A stretch of 64,000 nucleotides of DNA, taken from Chloroflexota bacterium (GTDB lineage: Bacteria; Chloroflexota; UBA11872; UBA12225). Within the stretch, counting starts at the first letter, position 1. Every line of letters starts with the position of its first letter. The stretch is taken from positions 33,537-97,536 of the forward strand of contig CANFGH010000003.1 in assembly GCA_947446285.1 (NCBI GenBank), in the 5' to 3' direction. Both the position numbers and the translations under genes were made by a program. Below, one piece after another: positions 57,583-64,000 of the stretch. Under the pieces are notes generated by a model. The model worked only from the letters and a program-made list of their open reading frames with translations. It did no database searches and was not told where the DNA came from.

Positions 57583-58458
57583 TTGACCACCCAGGGTATG
57601 GACCCAATGAAGGACGCCGACCGCTTGATCACCGACCGCGCCATCCAGAAGGCCCAGCGGGACCACCCGGCCATCAGTGTCACCCTCGCACTTGACCCCG
57701 ACGAGAACGACGTCTACGGCTCCACCGCGTCTGGACGGATAATCGCCGAAGGCCCGATCACGCTTGCCAACGCCGTCTTCGCGCACCTCCGCCAGATGCA
57801 CGGACCAAACGTCCACATCAGCGTCACCACGGGAACGCTTCCTATCGACGAATGCGTGACCGCAGGCATCTCACCCGATCCAGAGTTCGAGATCCTCGAC
57901 GCCATCGCCTCAATCCGCGAGGCACAACTGTCCACCGGATCCGTCCGGAGTTCTTCGGTTCGTGTCGTCCTGCCCGACGGCATCGTCCTCGAACAGGCCG
58001 CAGGTGCCACGACCGACATCTCCCTATTTGAATCTGCCGACAACTACCTCGCACTGCTTGTGGATGGTTGGGCAGTAACAGGCTTCGAACTTCTCGTCGG
58101 GTGGCGCCTCCTTCCCGACGCCCGCGCCCTCTTTGCCGGCGACACCATCCCGACACATACCCGGTGGGTGCACGACGGCGCAGTCCTCGTGGTCTGGGGC
58201 GATGGGCGGTTCCTATTGGAAGGCACTACACAAGCCGAGCCCGGACCCACTTCCAGCCAGACCGGACTAGCAACCAGTGACGATCCCGGGAATGCACGAC
58301 GGCGTCGCGCCGAGTTTGACGGCATCCCTCCGCGCACCACATGGCAATGGGTTGCCTCTGCCGGACGCGACGGGTCCCTTCGACATGCCGATGATCTGTC
58401 ACCCCGATGCGCACGGATCCTCGACCTTCCCGCTACCCCGTTGTCACCAAAATCCTGA
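57583..58458 (+). CDS. Hypothetical protein (291 aa)
   Basis: ORF with an ordinary amino-acid composition. No motif recognised. Lies between the AT-rich island and the flagellin pseudogene. Confidence 0.5.
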   Translation: MTTQGMDPMKDADRLITDRAIQKAQRDHPAISVTLALDPDENDVYGSTASGRIIAEGPITLANAVFAHLRQMHGPNVHISVTTGTLPIDECVTAGISPDPEFEILDAIASIREAQLSTGSVRSSSVRVVLPDGIVLEQAAGATTDISLFESADNYLALLVDGWAVTGFELLVGWRLLPDARALFAGDTIPTHTRWVHDGAVLVVWGDGRFLLEGTTQAEPGPTSSQTGLATSDDPGNARRRRAEFDGIPPRTTWQWVASAGRDGSLRHADDLSPRCARILDLPATPLSPKS

Positions 58459-58524
58459 AAGCGAGACCCATCGTGTTATCGCGACGTAAACATTTCCGGG
58501 TGTGAACTCACCTCCACACCACCT

Positions 58525-59069
58525 AGTAACCCTCACCGAAACCCACAGCATCCTTGCCCCCATGCGTGAACTCGCCGTCAATTCCTCGAATGACACCTTC
58601 ACCGTCAGTGACCGCGCCAATGCAAACGCCGAGTTCACCCAGTTGCAGGCAGAGTTCAACGGGACGTCCTTGCTCAACGGATCGACCCCATCAATCACCT
58701 TGCACAACGGTGCGAACAATGGGGACACCCTAGCGGTAGCCCTGACGAACAATACCGCGGCAACCCTTGTGGTCGACACCAACGACATCACCACCCAGGC
58801 AACCGCCTCGGCGTCCATCACCGCGCTCGACGAGGCGATCAACACGGTCAGTACGCACCGCTAACCTTGCCGCCATGCAGAACCGTCTTGACAGCGTTAC
58901 GCGTCCACTTGCTGTGGCGTCCAAGAACACCGCTGCTGCCAATAGCCCCATCGCGGATGCGGACATCGCATCCAGCATCAGTGAACTGATCCGGTGCCTG
59001 ATCCTGCAGCAGACAGGCGTCTCCGTCCTCGCCCAGGCGAACCAGGCACCGTCCATGGTGCTTGAGTGA
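58525..59069 (+). pseudogene. Flagellin pseudogene: 5'-truncated (lacks ~85 N-terminal codons) and frameshifted copy of the downstream flagellin
   Basis: Frame 1 (ETHSILAPMRELAVNSSNDTFTVSDRANANAEFTQLQ...ALDEAINTVSTHR*) and frame 2 (NLAAMQNRLDSVTR...VLAQANQAPSMVLE*) are collinear with the intact flagellin. A 1-nt frame shift falls near 58860. Confidence 0.65.
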
Positions 59070-59242
59070 TCAAGTAACCAATTCGTGATCCGATTTGGTG
59101 CTGGGGGCAGGGCCTTTCCGAGCCATCGGCCCCACAATGGACCGACTCAACTCCGAGGCTCGACGCCAGGACCAGGTGGACGTGTTGAGTACGGTATCCA
59201 AGTGGATGTCGCTGAGTTTCCGAAACTTTGCAAAACCCGGGC

Positions 59243-59269
59243 TAAGGTTCTGTCGCGTTGTGCCGATAG
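59243..59269 (+). promoter_or_regulatory. Sigma-28 (FliA) dependent flagellin promoter TAAG-N15-GCCGATAG
   Basis: Near-perfect match to TAAA-N15-GCCGATAA, ~110 bp upstream of the flagellin ATG. Confidence 0.6.
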
Positions 59270-59378
59270 TTATATTGTCAATAACTGACGCGCGGGCTTG
59301 ACCGCACGATGTCGAGGTTGGCACGGTTCCCGGACGCCAAGGATGGCGCCGAAGACGACCAAGTGAAGGATCACGAAC

Positions 59379-60233
59379 ATGGCTCTACGCATCAACTACA
59401 ACTACGAGTCGATCTCGGCGCAGCGGAACCTCACCAGCACCCAGGGCAGTTTCTTCAAGGCGATTGAGCAGCTTTCCAGCGGTCTCCGGATCAACAAGGC
59501 GGCGGATGACACTGCCGGTCTCGCCGTCAGTGAGAAGCTCAAGAACCAAGTCCGTGGCCTCAACCAGGCGCAGCGGAACGCGCAGGACGGTATCTCGCTC
59601 CTCCAGACCGCGGAAGGTGCGCTCAACGAGACGCATTCCCTCCTCGGCCGGATGCGCGAACTCGCGGTGCAGTCGGCCAACGACACGCTGTCCAACAGCG
59701 ATCGCCTTCATATCCAGGATGAAGTGAACCAGTTGCTCTCCGAGGTTGACCGAATCGCGAACTCGACCCAGTTCAACAAGATCAACCTCCTGAACAGCGG
59801 CTTCGAAGGGACGACTGAAGTACTCCTCCACGTTGGCGCGAACAAGGAATCCGGCACCAACGACAACGAGATCACGGTGTCACTCAACGGTTCCGACACC
59901 GCCGCCCTTGGGGTCGACGCACTTGCGGACGCCTTGTCACTCACCACCCAGAGTGGTGCGAACAGTGCGATCAGCGCGCTTGACACCGCAATCGAGGCCA
60001 TAAGCACCACCCGTGGACAGATCGGAGCCTATCAGAACCGCCTCGACCACATGATCGAAAGCCTCGGGGTTGCTTCCGAGAACGCTGGTGCTGCGAACAG
60101 CCGCATCCGTGATGCCGACGTCGCCAAGGCAGTCTCCGAGATGGTCCGCACCCAGATCCTGCAGCAGTCCACCATGGCCGTCCTCGCTCAGGCGAACCAG
60201 GCACCGCAGATGGCCCTGCAGCTCCTCAAGTAG
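59379..60233 (+). CDS. fliC: Flagellin (short, 284 aa)
   Basis: Conserved N-terminal helices (MALRINYNYESISAQRNLTSTQGSFFKAIEQLSSGLRINKAADDTAGLA) and C-terminal helices (RIRDADVAKAVSEMVRTQILQQSTMAVLAQANQAPQMALQLL). AAGGA Shine-Dalgarno sequence. Confidence 0.9.
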   Translation: MALRINYNYESISAQRNLTSTQGSFFKAIEQLSSGLRINKAADDTAGLAVSEKLKNQVRGLNQAQRNAQDGISLLQTAEGALNETHSLLGRMRELAVQSANDTLSNSDRLHIQDEVNQLLSEVDRIANSTQFNKINLLNSGFEGTTEVLLHVGANKESGTNDNEITVSLNGSDTAALGVDALADALSLTTQSGANSAISALDTAIEAISTTRGQIGAYQNRLDHMIESLGVASENAGAANSRIRDADVAKAVSEMVRTQILQQSTMAVLAQANQAPQMALQLLK

Positions 60234-60259
60234 GCGCAGGCCTGAGACCGCGAACACCC

Positions 60260-60303
60260 GGTGAGCCCGGCCCGCTACCAAGCGGGCCGGGCTCACCCTT
60301 TTG
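60260..60303 (+). terminator. Rho-independent terminator of the flagellin gene
   Basis: GGTGAGCCCGGCCCGC-TACCAA-GCGGGCCGGGCTCACC perfect 16-bp stem followed by CTTTTG. Confidence 0.7.
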
Positions 60304-60431
60304 CGCCAGCTTCCCCAAGCGTGCACCACCACTGAACATGCATGCCCATTCATCTATCGACCCGTTTCGCTGACGCCGATGACTCCGGAGCGGTAGCGGC
60401 CGCGCCGAGGACTTGGCAGGAGAGAGAAGGC

Positions 60432-61457
60432 ATGGAGAGACAACTGGTCCTGGAGTTCGTCAGGGTCACCGAAGCCGGGGCCATCGCCTCGGCGCGGATG
60501 ATGGGACGCAACGATGCGATGGGGGCTGATCGTGCCGCCGTGGAAGCGATGCGTCGCGCAATGGACGAAGTCCCGATGGTCGGCACGATTGTCATCGGCG
60601 AGGGTGAACGCGACGAAGCGCCGATGCTCTATATCGGTGAGCGGGTTGGCGCGGGGTGGATCGTCTCCGGACCTGACGGCATCCGAAACCCAAGCCTTGA
60701 AGTGAACGGAGCACCACTCCTTGCTGCGGTCGACATTGCGGTCGACCCCCTCGAAGGCACCAACCTTGTCGCCCGTGGTCAGGACGGAGCAATCTCCGTC
60801 CTCGCAGTTGCCGAACCCGGCGGGCTTCTCAATGCCCCAGACATCTACATGGAAAAGCTTTGCGTTGGCCCTGGGGCGGCCGGCAAGGTGCGCATGGAAT
60901 ACCCCGTCGCCGCAAACCTGCGCATCATTGCCGATAGCCTCGGGCGTGATATCGAGGATCTCACCGTCGTCATCCTGGACCGCGAACGTCATGAAGCCCT
61001 GATCGAGAATGTACGGTCGACCGGTGCACGCATCCGGCTGATCGCCGACGGCGACCTCTCCGCGGCGATTTCCTGCGCAGTCTCAGGCACCGGCGATCAC
61101 TGCGTGATGGGTTCCGGAGGCGCGCCAGAAGGTGTCCTCACCGCGGCGGCGCTCCGATGCCTCGGCGGACAGATCCTTGCCCGGTTCATTCCCCGGAACG
61201 ATTCCGAGCGCCTACGATGCCTCCAGATGGGCATTGACCCCGACCGCATTTACGACACCGCGGACCTCGCGTCTGGTTCCTCCATCATCTTCGCGGCGAC
61301 AGGAGCGACCGATGGCTCCCTCCTCAAGGGGGTGCGCTTCTTCGGAGGAGGTGCTCGCACCCACTCGCTTGTGATGGGTTTGCAATCCTCCACGATACGG
61401 TTCGTCGACACCGTGCACATGTTTGACTCAAAGGCATTCGGGCGCGTTCGTCTCTAA
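60432..61457 (+). CDS. glpX: Fructose-1,6-bisphosphatase class II (GlpX)
   Basis: [42 protein letters not shown]-terminus and the remaining GlpX family fold. Start at ATG 60432 (GAGAGAAGG Shine-Dalgarno sequence). Confidence 0.85.
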   Translation: MERQLVLEFVRVTEAGAIASARMMGRNDAMGADRAAVEAMRRAMDEVPMVGTIVIGEGERDEAPMLYIGERVGAGWIVSGPDGIRNPSLEVNGAPLLAAVDIAVDPLEGTNLVARGQDGAISVLAVAEPGGLLNAPDIYMEKLCVGPGAAGKVRMEYPVAANLRIIADSLGRDIEDLTVVILDRERHEALIENVRSTGARIRLIADGDLSAAISCAVSGTGDHCVMGSGGAPEGVLTAAALRCLGGQILARFIPRNDSERLRCLQMGIDPDRIYDTADLASGSSIIFAATGATDGSLLKGVRFFGGGARTHSLVMGLQSSTIRFVDTVHMFDSKAFGRVRL

Positions 61458-61656
61458 TCTTGCATATCAGTAGTCAGAGCAACGCCAGACAGGCATGCAC
61501 CCGCCTCGTCTGGCGTCGCCGATCCGGCAATCTTCCTGGCCGACAAGCAACGAGCTCACTCAACGCTTAGCTTCCACTTAGCATCTCCTCGACACCCCCA
61601 CCCGATCATAATCCTGGGTGCACCACCGCACCGGGATTGTTGGAAAGGGCGTGGAA

Positions 61657-62631
61657 ATGGACACCAAGACACGGCGGACCCTTCTCGGGGGCTTCATCTC
61701 GTCATTCGCAGCCACGGCGTCCGTCATCGGCTGCAAGTACGCCTTGGCAGACACCAATCGGCCGTCAGGTGACCAACCGGTGTCTCAGTTGCCCAGCAGG
61801 GGCCCCGAAGCCATTGTCCCCGGTTTCGACCGCTTTCCGAATGCCGTCAAAGTGACCCGTACCGAATCGGTCTACCGGATCGAGAGTGGCGACCTGCCGG
61901 ACCACGGATTGATGGTCGGGATCAGCAACTGGCAGCAGCAGGTCCCGACACCACAGCCGTACACCGGGGCAAACGCCTGGCAACTCCCAGTCAGTCCTGT
62001 CCTTGCCGAGAAGCCCCTTTCCTGCCGAAACGCCTTCTACCGCGGCGCAATCGCCATCGCGGCAAATGGCGTGCCGATCTTCAACCCGATGAAGGGTCCG
62101 AACGAGGACGTCTATCTCCTTGGCGAACTTGACCTATGGGGTGGACACTCGGGCCGCTCGGATGACTACCACTACCACGTTGCCCCGCTGCACTTGCAGG
62201 ACATCGTCGGCACGGACCGGCCCATTGCCTACGCGATGGATGGCTTCCCGATCTACGGCGAAACGGAAACCGACGGTTCACCCGTTGGGGCCCTCGACCA
62301 GTGGAACGGCCACTTTGACGCGGAAAACCGCTATCACTACCACGGCACTCGCAGCTACCCGTACATCAACGGGGGATTCCGTGGCGTCGTTGGCGTGTCC
62401 GGAGACGAGGTCACTCCCCAACCACGCACCCGTCCGTTCCGACCCGCGGGCACGCCCTTGCGCGACGTGATGATCACTGAGTTCTCGGCCACGGGCGACC
62501 ACGCCTTCCGGTTGGAATACACCGTGCGGGGCGCGCCGAACCGTATCGACTACATCATTGGGACGCACGAGGTCACGATGACCGTCACCGGTCCGACCAA
62601 CACGTCACGCACCGAAACCTATCGCCGTTAG
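61657..62631 (+). CDS. YHYH-domain protein with Tat-type signal peptide
   Basis: TRRTLLGG twin-arginine motif followed by a hydrophobic stretch and a Cys (lipobox-like IGC). Two YHYH motifs (DYHYHVAPL, RYHYHGTRS). Confidence 0.7.
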   Translation: MDTKTRRTLLGGFISSFAATASVIGCKYALADTNRPSGDQPVSQLPSRGPEAIVPGFDRFPNAVKVTRTESVYRIESGDLPDHGLMVGISNWQQQVPTPQPYTGANAWQLPVSPVLAEKPLSCRNAFYRGAIAIAANGVPIFNPMKGPNEDVYLLGELDLWGGHSGRSDDYHYHVAPLHLQDIVGTDRPIAYAMDGFPIYGETETDGSPVGALDQWNGHFDAENRYHYHGTRSYPYINGGFRGVVGVSGDEVTPQPRTRPFRPAGTPLRDVMITEFSATGDHAFRLEYTVRGAPNRIDYIIGTHEVTMTVTGPTNTSRTETYRR

Positions 62632-62719
62632 GACCGGCCCGGATCGCATTCGGCACCAGTTCCAATGAAACGACGTGGCCACGTCTACCCTGACGAGGCC
62701 ACGTCATCACCGCGTCGCC

Positions 62720-63442
62720 CTAGGACAGCGTCTCACCTGGCTGAGGCGACAGCACCACGAGACCTTGAGCCGCTCCCGCCACCCGTAGGGCATCGGGATT
62801 GCCAACAAGCGCGGGGAAGGTGCCCCAGTGGATCGGAATGACCCGGTGCACTCCCAGAAGTTTCGCCGCCATCGCCGCGCCGGTTGGCCCCATCGTGTAG
62901 TGATCGCCAATCGGCAGCAGTGCCACATCCGGGTGGAACATCTCACCGATCAGCGCCATGTCGCCAAACACATCGGTGTCACCGGCGTGATACACGCGGT
63001 ACCCGTTCTCCAGCGTCACCACGAACCCGCACGCCTCACCACCCGGATGCAACGTGCCATCACCATCGAGGATGCTCGAGCTATGGACCGCAGCAACCAT
63101 GGTCACCCCGATATCACCCACATGCTGGGTGCCACCACGGTTCATCCCCCGGGCGACCGTGACGCCGTTCCGTTCAAGCCAGACTGCAATCTCGTGGACC
63201 GCAATCACCGCTTTCGGATGGGTCAGTTCAACGACCTTCAAGACATCACCGAGGTGATCCCCATGTCCATGGGTAATCAGAACCACGTCAATCTGTGGAA
63301 GCGTGTGCCATGCAACCGGGCACGAAGGGTTTGTCATCACCCACGGGTCAATCAGGACCCGCACCCCGGACGCAGATTCAATCAATGTCGTCGCGTGACC
63401 AAGCCACGTAATCCGGGTGCCTCCGCCAAGTACCGCTGTCAT
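62720..63442 (-). CDS. MBL-fold metallo-hydrolase
   Basis: HxHxDH motif (ITHGHGDHLGD). Start at the internal ATG 63442 (MTAVLGGGTRITWLGHATTLIE). Confidence 0.7.
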   Translation of the reverse strand: MTAVLGGGTRITWLGHATTLIESASGVRVLIDPWVMTNPSCPVAWHTLPQIDVVLITHGHGDHLGDVLKVVELTHPKAVIAVHEIAVWLERNGVTVARGMNRGGTQHVGDIGVTMVAAVHSSSILDGDGTLHPGGEACGFVVTLENGYRVYHAGDTDVFGDMALIGEMFHPDVALLPIGDHYTMGPTGAAMAAKLLGVHRVIPIHWGTFPALVGNPDALRVAGAAQGLVVLSPQPGETLS

Positions 63443-63561
63443 ATCGTGTTTCCCACTACAATCATGCCCGTCTGCAACGACTTCCCGTTGCGTAGACCAT
63501 GTGCGATCACGGATCGCGCACCGGGCACCGTCAAGCGGTCGGTTGCCCCGTAACCAAGAGG

Positions 63562-64000
63562 CGAAACACAAATGCGCTTGTATGATGCCACCCGCACGAT
63601 TGCCGTCGCCGCCGGTCTTCTCGGAGCGGTGATGTTCTACCAACCATGGGTCGGTGGCGCCGTACCTGGTGTCGGCGCAGTGATGTTCAGCGCTGATGAC
63701 CTCGCGAACGGTCGCGCACGCACCGTTGCCGATAACGCCTCGGCACCGCCGCCAAGGGTGCCAAGTGGCGCCGCACCCGGGGCACCCGCCACTGGTGGCG
63801 CACCATCATTGCCAACCCGCGTACCCACCTTTGCGCCCGGCGCCGTCGCACCCACCACCATGCCTTCAGCCGCCGAACGTACGGTGGCCGCGGGGAATGC
63901 AACACCCACCCCAATGGCGGTGGGAGGAATGACCCTGCCTACCCGCGTGCCAACCTTCGCGCCCGGGGCCGTCGCGCCCACCACCATGCCCTCGGCCGCC
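63562..64000 (+). CDS. Secreted/membrane-anchored Pro/Ala/Thr-rich repeat protein, 5' portion (continues beyond window end)
   Basis: From ATG 63562 the frame is open to the window end, so it is absent from the stop-delimited ORF track. N-terminal hydrophobic helix (TIAVAAGLLGAVMFY), then 42-aa tandem repeats. Confidence 0.5.
63815..64000 (+). repeat. 126-bp (42-codon) direct tandem repeat, at least 1.5 copies, inside the 63562 gene
   Basis: ACCCGCGTACCCACCTTTGCGCCCGGCGCCGTCGCACCCACCACCATGCCTTCAGCCGCC at 63815 recurs at 63941 with a few synonymous changes. Confidence 0.6.

Noticed and set aside
63637-63987. 116-aa minus-strand ORF at window end
   Set aside because: It is the reverse frame of the 126-bp tandem-repeat gene. 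The plus frame starts at a proper ATG with an N-terminal hydrophobic helix and stays open to the window edge, so the plus strand is favoured.
63815-64000. Possible CRISPR-like repeat array
   Set aside because: The repeats are 126 bp, contiguous (no spacers), in-frame and coding for a Pro/Ala-rich peptide. This is a protein tandem repeat, not a CRISPR array. No cas genes are present anywhere in the window.
1-64000. tRNA/rRNA genes, transposases, integrases, toxin-antitoxin or restriction-modification genes
   Set aside because: Scanned translations and intergenic regions. No T-loop-like GGTTCGAATCC motifs, no DDE/serine/tyrosine recombinase signatures and no methyltransferase motifs were seen. 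None reported.

Overview
High-GC (~65%) bacterial chromosomal segment. Almost every call below rests on reading motifs in the supplied translations by eye, since no searches could be run.

The left third (1-23185) is one long minus-strand flagellar/motility super-operon with a Firmicutes/Clostridia-like gene order. Read in transcription direction it runs: flbD, motA, motB, fliM, fliN, fliO, fliP, fliQ, fliR, flhB, flhA, flhF, flhG, a PilZ 'brake' protein, a small membrane protein, fliA (sigma-28), two small fliA-coupled unknowns, two rod genes (FlgF/FlgG family), flgM, flgN, flgK, flgL, and the 5' end of fliW. No che genes, hook genes, MS-ring genes or export-ATPase genes are in the window.

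Immediately upstream on the same strand is an unusual signalling module: orf148, a cytoplasmic double-GAF HisKA_3 kinase, a canonical NarL-type response regulator, a pseudo-receiver, and a second NarL-type regulator with an atypical acceptor site.

The middle of the window is housekeeping and accessory metabolism: NUDIX, PduO-type adenosyltransferase, pdhABC-lpd, hom, ilvD, an AI-2E transporter, a CHAP hydrolase, and a D-aminoacylase / epimerase / DapA-like aldolase / SDR / enolase-superfamily catabolic cluster. These are followed by a divergent tandem-GNAT and M20 amidohydrolase pair.

The right end holds a ~70-bp AT-rich island with a perfect TATAAT -10 element, a small ORF interrupted by an in-frame TGA, an unknown 291-aa protein, and a 5'-truncated, frameshifted flagellin pseudogene. 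Next comes an intact short flagellin with a textbook sigma-28 promoter, an operator-like inverted repeat, two CsrA-type GGA sites in its leader, and a clean intrinsic terminator. After it lie glpX, a Tat-signal YHYH protein, an MBL hydrolase, and the start of a secreted Pro/Ala-rich protein built from 126-bp tandem repeats.

No tRNA, rRNA, CRISPR array, transposase or integrase was recognised. I could not name a defence or otherwise novel system; the most system-like unexplained candidate is the TCS module fused to the flagellar operon.
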